A stretch of 56,039 nucleotides of DNA from Thermodesulfobacteriota bacterium (GCA_035319625.1 DATHCH010000303.1:1-56039); one strand, 5' to 3'; shown: positions 1 to 10,015, numbered from the stretch's first letter. Numbers and translations are program-made. Notes: a model not told the origin generated them from the sequence alone.

Positions 1-280
1 ATTGCTTCACGGCTGCGGGCTCAACCTCTGGGAGAATGACTTCTTCTTTCACCTTCTTTTCTTTCTCCATGGCCGTTGCGGTAGTACCGATGAAGCTGAA
101 GAAGAGGATCACTGCCGGGATCAATTGGAGAAGGACGATGATCGCTCCGATGATAAGGAAGATCCAGAGGGCGACTCCGGCTCCTTTTAACTCGATGGAC
201 CTCGCAAACGCTGGAGTTGCGAAAAGCGTCATCGCTCCTCCCATCATCCCAACCTTTAAAGTTTGCCTTTTTCCTAACAT
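1..280 (-). CDS. hypothetical small membrane/secreted protein; 3' end runs off the window
   Basis: Absent from the ORF track because there is no stop in the window. Minus-strand ATG at 278-280 follows a GAAAGGGGGA Shine-Dalgarno. Translates MLGKRQTLKVGMMGGAMTLFATPAFA (signal-like), then hydrophobic LWIFLIIGAIIVLLQLIPAVILFF, then a Lys/Glu-rich tail. Confidence 0.35.
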   Translation of the reverse strand, partial: MLGKRQTLKVGMMGGAMTLFATPAFARSIELKGAGVALWIFLIIGAIIVLLQLIPAVILFFSFIGTTATAMEKEKKVKEEVILPEVEPAAVKQ

Positions 281-559
281 GGCCTATTCCCCCTTTCTTT
301 CTTATTGAGGCCTTTCAGTTGCCTCAACCTTGAAAACGCATACACGATGCCAAGTTGCAAAAGAAGTGCAGGAAATTCTCAATATATTGATTGTATTAGA
401 ATTTTTGTCCGAAAAGTTTTGTGAGCGATCTGAAAAGAGGCCGTTGTGTATACTGAATATACAAACATCAAAAGATGTCCCTTCTACAATTTGCGTAACA
501 TATTGAAACCATGATATTTCTATAATAAAATAATTATACATATGAATATTTTTGAATTC

Positions 560-655
560 ACCCCGTTAGAAATGATGCCCCGCTACTCTACAGAGGGGTT
601 ACATTTCGGATAATTCAAGCTAGGGTTAATACCCCGCTGGAATTTCTAACGGGGT
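560..655. repeat. perfect 14-bp inverted repeat (ACCCCGTTAGAAAT / ATTTCTAACGGGGT) enclosing a 68-nt structured core
   Basis: Arms at 560-573 and 642-655. The interior has an internal direct repeat CCCCGCT (577-583, 632-638) and short CCCC/GGGG stems. It sits in the gap downstream of the ATP-grasp-like gene. Confidence 0.5.
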
Positions 656-688
656 TCACTTTGGTTACCTGGAGAGGAAACGGCACGG

Positions 689-1600
689 TTACTCTTCGAA
701 GCAGGCTTTTGGCAGGCTAGAGAGATCTAATCCATCATAAAACCTTTCTATCTTTGTAGAGAGTTCCTTGATCGCTCTTAAAAGACGCTCAGGAATGAAG
801 ACCGTTGCCCTGGCCACCTCTTCTTCATATAAGTTGTGTCTCAGGTATTGAGGTTCTTTATCGCCAAACCATATCTCAGCTTCCCACGATTTTTGATTGA
901 ATAACTCAGTTCTGAAATGTCTCTCGTTCAGGCGAAACGCATTCCCAGGAGAGATAAAGGTTAGTATCCCGTGATTGGACGTAATGTTTGGTGAAAGGTT
1001 GGCATACATGCAAATAAACTCTCTCCCAAAAGCAACTGAGCGGATCGATAGACTGTATCCATCCATCTTGCTTTCGATATATTCTTGGAGGAGATAGTGA
1101 TTTAATGTGAGATTTAATTTGCACAAAGGTGACGGTTCAGAGATTACCTCCAAATCCCTTCCACCCCTTCCAACCCGACGTTTCAAAACCGCTTTCTTCT
1201 TTCGCTCAATAAATCGGTCAACTTCCACCCGGTCTTCGGTGTCGAGGACTATCGTCTCAGGCATAGGCGCGATGGATTTGAGTAATTGGTATTGATTCCA
1301 TTTATCCTCAAGCCTCAGTCCGGGATGGAAGGTCTTTGGAAGGGGTCCCATCCCGTCCATCCATATCTTGAAAGGTTTGAGGGCTTCAATAAAGGGAAGG
1401 GAGTGAAGGTAATCCTTGAATGCCTTTCCGTAAACCTTTCGCGAGACCCCTTCGATTCGTCTGAAAATGTCCGAGGGCTTTCCTAAATGGATGAGATGAG
1501 TAAGATGATATTCATGAGCCCCACCTGGGAGGCCCACATTCACCTCCACCAGATAGAGTTTTAGTTCGGAAGTTAGAAGAAAATCAATCCCGAGATACAT
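689..1600 (-). CDS. ATP-grasp-like protein with apparently permuted motif order
   Basis: 303 aa. The N-terminus GIDFLLTSELKLYLVEVNVGLPGG looks like the usual C-terminal ATP-grasp Mg/ATP motif. A RimK-like start follows (EDKWNQYQLL...KKAVLKRRVGRGGRDLEVI, then SIRSVAFGREFICMYA...SNHG). GAGG RBS; possible TTGGAG-N18-TATAAT promoter at 1654-1683. Confidence 0.6.
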   Translation of the reverse strand: MYLGIDFLLTSELKLYLVEVNVGLPGGAHEYHLTHLIHLGKPSDIFRRIEGVSRKVYGKAFKDYLHSLPFIEALKPFKIWMDGMGPLPKTFHPGLRLEDKWNQYQLLKSIAPMPETIVLDTEDRVEVDRFIERKKKAVLKRRVGRGGRDLEVISEPSPLCKLNLTLNHYLLQEYIESKMDGYSLSIRSVAFGREFICMYANLSPNITSNHGILTFISPGNAFRLNERHFRTELFNQKSWEAEIWFGDKEPQYLRHNLYEEEVARATVFIPERLLRAIKELSTKIERFYDGLDLSSLPKACFEE

Positions 1601-1787
1601 ACCTCAATCCGAAAGTGGCAAGTAAGGAGTAGAAAGTGGAAAGTAACTAAACCATTATATACCGCTCACATGCCATACTCCAATGCTTGACGCATGACCC
1701 CAGGAATCGTTCGGTCATTACAAAAAAACAGATCATCACTCGTGCGACCTGTTCCTTTTTCCCTCGGATGCGTACGGTCACTCAATA

Positions 1788-1817
1788 GGGGCTCCCTCCC
1801 TTCTTGGGAAGGAGCCC
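1788..1817 (-). terminator. GC-rich stem-loop after the rSAM gene and short ORF
   Basis: Minus strand reads GGGCTCCTTCCC-AAGAA-GGGAGGGAGCCCC. The following U-tract is weak (TATTGAG). Confidence 0.4.
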
Positions 1818-1827
1818 GATCGGTAGC

Positions 1828-1890
1828 TTAGCAAGATGCTTTGCATTTGCAAAGGCTGGAGAATTTCTTGGCCACCTTCTTGATGGTCAT
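1828..1890 (-). CDS. candidate 20-aa Cys-rich peptide MTIKKVAKKFSSLCKCKASC (possible RiPP precursor)
   Basis: Below the ORF-track size cutoff. The ATG lies 1 nt after the rSAM TGA stop. A GGAGGTGA SD is formed by the last rSAM codons (GGA GGT GAA TGA) with 7-nt spacing, and a GC hairpin follows the peptide stop. Caveat: the TGCAAATGCAAAG stretch is itself a small palindrome. Confidence 0.35.
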   Translation of the reverse strand: MTIKKVAKKFSSLCKCKASC

Positions 1891-1891
1891 A

Positions 1892-3058
1892 TCATTCACC
1901 TCCTTTCAAAACACCCCTTGCATAACATTGAAAAAGATCGGGTTGCAATAAATCACCTTGGATTTTTGCCCGATAGCGACATCCGCCCCGACACTCTTCC
2001 ATCACAGGGCATTTGCAGGTGAGGTCCTTCAGGGCAATTCGACGAATTCGTGCCCAGCAAGTCCGCAGCCCTTCCTCAATCGATCCCACGGGTTCACCGC
2101 TAAAAAGTCCACACTTACAAATTGCTCCATTTGGAATTATAGCACAAAGATGAGCTCCGCAAGTAGAATTTTCTGCGGCACCGTGAAATCCTCCTCCAAA
2201 GCCATAACTGAGAAACCGGCCTGCCTGAGAGGCTGAAACCCAAAAATCCTGATTTGCTTTCAACCTCCCCTCTGCACACGGGACATCGACATTCCACTCC
2301 TCAATGTGTTTCGATTGAAGGAGGGAAGCAAGCTGGTCAAATTCAGATAAATTTCTACGATGAATCATCGTGGCCACAGAGACCCGAAGGTTAGCCTGTT
2401 GCAGATGGTCAATGGCCGCCATCGTTTTTTCGAAGGTGTCTTTCCCTCGAAGTAATTCATGACCCTCCTTCACTCCATCGAGACTGACCTGGACCTCGTG
2501 GACGCGGAGCTTTTGGGCGACTTCTTTGGTAATCAACGTGCCATTGGAAAGAAGTACGGATCGAAATGCATGGTTTCGCAGTATGTCGTTGATCTCCCAA
2601 AAATGAGGATGGAGCAGCGGTTCCCCTCCAGAAATGAGTAGCCTCAATCCTTGGATCTCTTCAAATTCTTCCAAAACGCTTTGAATCTGTTTCTTAGTAA
2701 GATCCCGATGAGATCCCTCTCCGATATAACAGTGGCGGCATTGGAGATTGCATCGGTCTGTAATCTGGATCTCAAGATAACGGAGCGATGGGATCGGCGA
2801 GGGATTCAAAGGCATCTTCCTCTGAAGCGGAGCTTCTGAGAAGGCGATCAAATTTTCAGAAAGGCAAAATTGGATGAATTCTTCGTCCTCCTTTCGGACA
2901 GGAGGGTTCTCACCCCGGCAGATCTTGAGCAGAAATTGATAGGCATCCGCATTGAGTTCGTAAAGTTCATCTTTTTCGATATCGTAGAGGTAGGGTTCTT
3001 CGAGGTTTTTTAGAACGGAGTGAGGGGTCAGAATGACGTATTTATTCTCGGAGGGCAT
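1892..3058 (-). CDS. radical SAM/SPASM-domain peptide-maturase-like enzyme with N-terminal PqqD/RRE-like domain
   Basis: 388 aa. CxxxCxxC cluster DRCNLQCRHCY. C-terminal auxiliary-cluster Cys pattern CGAHLCAIIPNGAICKCG...CKCPVMEECRGGCRYRA. N-terminal ~75 aa (LYDIEKDELYELNADAYQFLLKICRG) resembles PqqD-type recognition elements. Confidence 0.85.
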   Translation of the reverse strand: MPSENKYVILTPHSVLKNLEEPYLYDIEKDELYELNADAYQFLLKICRGENPPVRKEDEEFIQFCLSENLIAFSEAPLQRKMPLNPSPIPSLRYLEIQITDRCNLQCRHCYIGEGSHRDLTKKQIQSVLEEFEEIQGLRLLISGGEPLLHPHFWEINDILRNHAFRSVLLSNGTLITKEVAQKLRVHEVQVSLDGVKEGHELLRGKDTFEKTMAAIDHLQQANLRVSVATMIHRRNLSEFDQLASLLQSKHIEEWNVDVPCAEGRLKANQDFWVSASQAGRFLSYGFGGGFHGAAENSTCGAHLCAIIPNGAICKCGLFSGEPVGSIEEGLRTCWARIRRIALKDLTCKCPVMEECRGGCRYRAKIQGDLLQPDLFQCYARGVLKGGE

Positions 3059-3206
3059 CGGAAATCTCTTTATGGGTAATGATCTTCTTTTCCAAAAGTC
3101 GTTTAAGGATTTTGTAAGCCCCGCATTCCAGGTCCTTTTCAGATTCTTTATAGAAGTTACAATGTTTGCAGATCAGATCGATCAGAGACTCTTTATCCAA
3201 TTTCAT
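3042..3206 (-). CDS. 54-aa CxxC-containing protein, first gene of the rSAM operon
   Basis: Below the track cutoff. MKLDKESLIDLICKHCNFYKESEKDLECGAYKILKRLLEKKIITHKEISDALRE. GAGGAG SD 6 nt upstream. Its 3' end overlaps the rSAM start by 17 nt, consistent with translational coupling. Confidence 0.5.
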   Translation of the reverse strand: MKLDKESLIDLICKHCNFYKESEKDLECGAYKILKRLLEKKIITHKEISDALRE

Positions 3207-3230
3207 CAAATCTCCTCATCCCCCACGCTT

Positions 3231-3268
3231 CTCTCCCCCTCAAGGTGGGAAGGGTTAGGTAAGGGGGA
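3231..3268. repeat. GC-rich palindromic element (CCCCCT...AGGGGG family)
   Basis: TCCCCCT-caaggtgggaagggttaggta-AGGGGGA, in the divergent promoter region between the rSAM operon and nifU. Confidence 0.5.
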
Positions 3269-3378
3269 AACAATTCTATTTTGACCGATTTTGTTAAATA
3301 GTAATGAATAATAGGAATTGAATCAAGCTATTTTTGCGCATGGGATTTCCATAAAAAGGTATCCTTGAATTAAAAAGG

Positions 3379-3408
3379 TTGACGGTGTAAAGGGATTGAA
3401 TTTATAAT
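3379..3408 (+). promoter_or_regulatory. putative sigma-70 promoter of nifUS
   Basis: TTGACG-N18-TATAAT, about 35 nt upstream of the nifU ATG. Confidence 0.45.
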
Positions 3409-3442
3409 AACTTATGGTTAATAAAAATACTGGGGGTTTCCT

Positions 3443-4285
3443 ATGTGGGATTATACAGAGAAGGTCAAAGATCATTTTCTGAATCCGAGAAATGTTGGAG
3501 AGATCGAAAATCCGGACGGGGAAGGTGAAGTTGGGTCGCTGGCCTGTGGGGATGCTCTGAGACTCACCTTCAAATTGGATGAGAAGAAACGGATCAAAGA
3601 TGTGAAGTTCAAGACCTTTGGCTGTGCCAGTGCCATTGCTTCCTCTTCTGCCTTGACCGAGATCATCAAGGGGAAGACGCTTGATGAAGCAGCGAAGATC
3701 ACCAATCAGGATATTGCTAATTATCTGGGAGGACTTCCCGAAGAAAAGATGCACTGCTCGGTGATGGGAAGAGAAGCTCTCGATGCTGCGATCGCCAATT
3801 ATCGCGGACAGAAAGTAACGAAAGAAGATTTTGAGGTGATCTGCAATTGCTTCGGTGTGACGGACAGAGAAATTATCAAGGCCGTTCGTGAGAACAATCT
3901 CAAGACAGTGGAACAGGTGACCTATTACACCAAGGCCGGCGGAGGATGTGGCCAGTGCCATCCAAAGATCGAAGCCATCATCGAGAAAGTGAGAAAGGAG
4001 ATGGAGAAAGAGGCACCTCCTCCAAAGCCAGAGAAAAAGAAGTTGACGAACATTCAGAAAATCAAATTGATCGAAGAGACATTGGGAAGGGAGATCATCC
4101 CGGCTTTAAAAGCGGACGGTGGAGATTTAGATTTGATCGATATCGAGGGCAACAAGGTTTTGGTGGCATTGAGGGGAAAGTGTTCCTTCTGCCCCAGCTC
4201 TGAATTTACTTTGAAACAATATGTCGAATCGAAGTTAAGGGAATTTGTGAGCGACGATATTGAAGTAGAGGAGGTCAGGCCGTGA
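3443..4285 (+). CDS. nifU: NifU-type Fe-S cluster scaffold (IscU-like N domain, central 2Fe-2S domain, C-terminal Nfu domain)
   Basis: Scaffold cysteines in GSLACGDALRL, FKTFGCASAIASS and MHCSVM. Central CNCFGV...GGGCGQC. C-terminal CSFCPSS. Confidence 0.92.
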   Translation: MWDYTEKVKDHFLNPRNVGEIENPDGEGEVGSLACGDALRLTFKLDEKKRIKDVKFKTFGCASAIASSSALTEIIKGKTLDEAAKITNQDIANYLGGLPEEKMHCSVMGREALDAAIANYRGQKVTKEDFEVICNCFGVTDREIIKAVRENNLKTVEQVTYYTKAGGGCGQCHPKIEAIIEKVRKEMEKEAPPPKPEKKKLTNIQKIKLIEETLGREIIPALKADGGDLDLIDIEGNKVLVALRGKCSFCPSSEFTLKQYVESKLREFVSDDIEVEEVRP

Positions 4286-5463
4286 AGACCGTCTATGTGG
4301 ACAATAATGCAACGACAAAAGTAGCTCCAGAGGTGTTGGAGGTGATGCTCCCATATTTTTCCGAATATTATGGGAATCCATCGAGCATGCACTTCTTCGG
4401 AGGACAGGTTCAAAAGAAGGTGGATGAGGCGAGGGGGAAGGTGGCAGATTTTTTAGGAGCAGAGCCTTCGGAGGTTGTTTTCACCAGTTGTGGGACGGAA
4501 AGTGATAATGCGGCAATATTAGGGACACTCGATTCCTATACGGAAAGGCGGCACCTCATCTCCACCCGGGTGGAACATCCTGCCATTGGGAATGTGGCGA
4601 CCTATTTAGGCCGAAAGGGCTACCACATCACTGAACTTTCTGTGGATCGAGAGGGACGGTTAGATCTGGATGATTTGAGGGAGTCGCTTACCGATGAAAC
4701 GGCTCTGGTCACCATTATGTATGCCAATAATGAAACCGGAGTGATCTTCCCGATCGAAGAGATTGGTGAGATTGTCAAGGCGAGGGGAATTTCTTTTCAT
4801 AGCGATGCAGTCCAGGCAGCGGGGAAGATCCCTCTCAACATGAAAAAATCGAAGCTGGATATGCTTTCCATCTCCGGCCACAAACTCCATGCGCCCAAGG
4901 GGATTGGGGTTCTTTACATCCGAAAAGGAACGAAATTTTCTCCGTTCTTGATCGGTGGCCACCAGGAGAAAGGGAGAAGGGGAGGAACAGAGAACGTCCC
5001 TTACATCATCGGGCTTGGGAAGGCGTGCGAGCTGGCCAAAAAGCATCTCGATGAAGAGAACACAAGGGTCAAAGCCCTGAGGGATTATCTCGAGGCAAAG
5101 CTCTTGGAGAAGATTCCAAATACCTTAGTGAATGGGGATCGGGTTCACCGACTTCCCAACACCGTGAGCGTTAGTTTTGAATATGTCGAAGGAGAATCCA
5201 TTCTCCTTCTGCTTTCTGATCTCGGTATCTGCGCCTCTTCAGGCTCCGCCTGCACATCCGGTTCACTGGAACCTTCGCATGTCCTCAGGGCCATGGGTGT
5301 TCCTTTCACCGCTGCCCACGGGTCGATTCGTTTCAGCCTGTCCGTCTACAACACAAAAGAGGAGATGGATTATATCATCGAACATCTTCCGCCGATTATT
5401 CAGAGGTTGAGGGATATCTCACCTTTCTGGAAAGATTATCTCAAGTCCCAGGGGAAAGCATAA
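4282..5463 (+). CDS. nifS: cysteine desulfurase NifS
   Basis: PLP-lysine motif SISGHKLHAPKGIG and active-site loop SSGSACTSGSLEPSHVL. Start overlaps the nifU stop (GTGA). Confidence 0.93.
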   Translation: MKTVYVDNNATTKVAPEVLEVMLPYFSEYYGNPSSMHFFGGQVQKKVDEARGKVADFLGAEPSEVVFTSCGTESDNAAILGTLDSYTERRHLISTRVEHPAIGNVATYLGRKGYHITELSVDREGRLDLDDLRESLTDETALVTIMYANNETGVIFPIEEIGEIVKARGISFHSDAVQAAGKIPLNMKKSKLDMLSISGHKLHAPKGIGVLYIRKGTKFSPFLIGGHQEKGRRGGTENVPYIIGLGKACELAKKHLDEENTRVKALRDYLEAKLLEKIPNTLVNGDRVHRLPNTVSVSFEYVEGESILLLLSDLGICASSGSACTSGSLEPSHVLRAMGVPFTAAHGSIRFSLSVYNTKEEMDYIIEHLPPIIQRLRDISPFWKDYLKSQGKA

Positions 5464-5930
5464 TCTCAACGGAACTTCGATTGATTGTCTCCATCGAGTT
5501 TCATGCACCGCAAAGATTTCCACTCTCGATTCACTGCTTCGTGTAATCATCCCGAAAGCGATATTTGGCAGTTTGTGTTGCCTCTGGCGCGTTGATAAAC
5601 GCCCGTGCTCTTTCGGTACTTTGGACCTCGAATTTGTCAAGATTATTTAATTCATTTTAGTACGTCCCTATCCCTCCTTTTCCGTCATTGCTTGATTGCA
5701 AGACCTGCCTTTTAATGGGTGACCCCCATGCCCTTTATCGGAAGATACCCCCGATCCAACAAGTAGAACGGTGTCAGGTTGCATTAGTATTGTTTGTAAC
5801 TGCTTTTCCATATGAGGGATCCGTTTACAGTCAGTTTAGGGTTCCAGAGACGCCTTGGTAGCAACGGGTCTTTTTGCAAAGTACGCCGCCGACTAGCATT
5901 ACGGGTCTTTCTTCATGTCGTAATTGTTTG

Positions 5931-5990
5931 GCGCATAACGAAAAAAATCAGCCGTAGCACAGCGTTCGGCTGGATTATTTGGTTATAATG
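5931..5990 (-). mobile_element. attC-like imperfect palindrome at the 3' end of the flavoprotein cassette
   Basis: Cassette (minus) orientation reads TATAAC-caaataatccagCCG-aacgctgtgcta-CGGctgatttttttc-GTTATGC. Outer boxes resemble R'' (..TAAC) and R' (GTTRRRY, one mismatch), and the inner arms carry unpaired bases as attC sites do. It starts ~40 nt after the stop of the 6028-6828 gene. Confidence 0.4.
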
Positions 5991-6027
5991 TTCTTTAAAT
6001 AAAACCGACCCCTTTTACTTCCCACTT

Positions 6028-6828
6028 TTACTCTCCTTTTACTCCAACCATGCTGCTTATGTTACTTGAGCGCCTGCAAACTTCCTGTTCAATAAACGGC
6101 CGAAACGCCGGAATGTGCCGCGCCATACGCACCGGAAATGGAATTTTTATGAAAGGCCGCTCTGCGATTTTCTTTGTTCTTCTCGAAATACATCCTTTTA
6201 ACACCAGTTCCTCTCCAGCGCTGACATAAGCATCCAGAACACTTTCCGCATTCTCTTTCGCCTTTTTGCCGGTTCCTGCCAGAGCGGCTATCCATGCCGC
6301 CGCACTCCGACGTTCCAAATGCGCTATATGAGGCGCATCCATGAAGCGTCCAAAAATTCGGAAATACTCTTTCGTATTGCGAACTGTGAGGTTTTCAATA
6401 TTATCGCATACTACTATTGAGATAAAAGGTTTGCTTGAAAGTGATTGATCTGTGGCATGAAAGAATAATCCGGATTTCGTTAATAGAACCTCCGCAACAG
6501 GAGCGCGAGAATGAAGTCTCTCAAGAAAACGTTTGAGAAGACTTGACACACCAAACACATAAACGGGAGATGCATAAATCAGCATATCGGCATCCGCCAT
6601 CTTGCCGAAGATTTCTTCCGTATTATCTTTGCCGTCGAAGATACATTTATACAATTTTGTTTTCTGACAGTGATTACATGCGCGGCAAGTTTCAATCTTT
6701 AGTTCCGAAAGGTTTACCACATTCCAGATTCCACCTGCCCTCTCGACGCCCGTTTTTATACTCTGAAGAATCTTACCTGTAGCTCCCCCAGCCCCTCTTA
6801 GACTTCCATTGAGCGCTAAGACTTTCAC
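6028..6828 (-). CDS. flavodoxin-fold NAD(P)H-dependent FMN reductase / iron-sulfur flavoprotein-like protein
   Basis: 266 aa. MKVLALNGSLRG... start typical of the FMN_red fold; Cys cluster CRACNHC; ADMLIYASPVY motif. GTG start with AGGGGA SD. Oriented divergently from the intI remnant, as an integron cassette would be. Confidence 0.75.
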   Translation of the reverse strand: MKVLALNGSLRGAGGATGKILQSIKTGVERAGGIWNVVNLSELKIETCRACNHCQKTKLYKCIFDGKDNTEEIFGKMADADMLIYASPVYVFGVSSLLKRFLERLHSRAPVAEVLLTKSGLFFHATDQSLSSKPFISIVVCDNIENLTVRNTKEYFRIFGRFMDAPHIAHLERRSAAAWIAALAGTGKKAKENAESVLDAYVSAGEELVLKGCISRRTKKIAERPFIKIPFPVRMARHIPAFRPFIEQEVCRRSSNISSMVGVKGE

Positions 6829-6999
6829 GTATTTCCCCTAAGAATCATAAATTACGTATCATCACCAACAGAGCCGCAGCAGAATAACCATTGATTAACT
6901 TGCCATTTTGCCCTGATAATGCGATAATAATACGATTTTGGGGCAATTTTGCCCGATGCCGTTATCAGCGATCTCGGGGTATCATTATGGGAGTCTTAT

Positions 7000-7310
7000 A
7001 TGCCTGACTCGGCAAAAAGTCAACAGCCAAAACTCCTCGATCAAGTCCGACAGCTACTCCGTCTGCACCACTACTCTATTCACACCGAGCGATCCTACGT
7101 GGACTGGATCGTGCGGTTTGTTCGTTTCCACAGCATGCGGTCCCCTGAGGCCCTCTTCCCGCCGAAGCCAAGATCGAATCGTTCCTGACCGACCTCGCCG
7201 TACACGCAAACGTTGCTCCCGCCACCCAGAACCAGGCGATGAATGCCCTGGTCTTCCTTTACAAGCGCGTCCTCAACCATCCTCTGCAGGACAGCATCAA
7301 TGCCGTTTAA
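7000..7310 (+). pseudogene. intI: integron-integrase-type tyrosine recombinase, N-terminal fragment (frameshifted and truncated)
   Basis: PKLLDQVRQLLRLHHYSIHTERSYVDWIVRFVRFH, frameshift near 7162, then [48 protein letters not shown] and a stop. This matches the IntI N-terminal SAM-like domain. The catalytic domain is missing. Confidence 0.65.
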
Positions 7311-7401
7311 CATTTAAAGGGTTTCTGTGGTGAAAATCATGGATATCCCAAATTCCAAAGAGCCTGCTCCCTTTTGCCTACCCTGGATATTGTTGGGAGC
7401 T

Positions 7402-7523
7402 TTATGCCCCAATTGGTTCTTCCGGAAGTTGAGCGCCGTGCCAGACAGCTACGATCCAGACGGTTTTTGAGCAATGGCTGCAAGGAACCGTTTGTGTCCC
7501 GAAGGAGTGAAAAGAACTTTCAA
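7402..7523 (-). pseudogene. degraded ParE/RelE-like toxin remnant
   Basis: N-terminal LKVLFTPSGHKRFLAAI.. overlaps the antitoxin stop. An out-of-frame C-terminal piece IVAVWHGAQLPEEPIGA follows. The middle of the gene is deleted. Confidence 0.3.
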
Positions 7524-7666
7524 GATTTCATCTCTTTTAGCAAGGAATCGGCTTCAGCGAAAACCACCTCAAGGTCATACCCCTTGCCTGCGTCGATCTC
7601 TTTTTCGCCCCAGGTAAGAAGGCGCAAAATCTCCAGCTCATGCTGGGAATGTTTATAAGCTTCCAT
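7520..7666 (-). CDS. 48-aa antitoxin-like protein
   Basis: MEAYKHSQHELEILRLLTWGEKEIDAGKGYDLEVVFAEADSLLKEMKS, below the track cutoff. Its stop overlaps the start of the toxin-like remnant, a typical type II TA arrangement. Confidence 0.4.
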   Translation of the reverse strand: MEAYKHSQHELEILRLLTWGEKEIDAGKGYDLEVVFAEADSLLKEMKS

Positions 7667-7676
7667 GCTTCCCTTT

Positions 7677-9915
<2,239 letters not shown>

Positions 9916-10015
9916 AAACAGAGGGCCCAAATACGGGGTCAAAGTGGCCTGGTTTGAATAGATGTTGGGGTCAACCGGGTCAAAATAAAAAATTGCATTA
10001 AGTATAAAATTTTAC

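Noticed and set aside
302-541. A 79-aa ORF in the AT-rich gap.
   Set aside because: It is AT-rich, has an improbable composition (Phe/Ile/Asn/Ser-rich) and no RBS. It most likely lies in a non-coding promoter region.
5640-5930. A second integron cassette beyond the attC-like site, with a 47-codon minus-strand ORF MEKQLQTILMQPD...
   Set aside because: There is no second attC-like palindrome, no RBS and no recognisable protein motif. The 5419-5640 track ORF overlaps the nifS 3' end and looks spurious.
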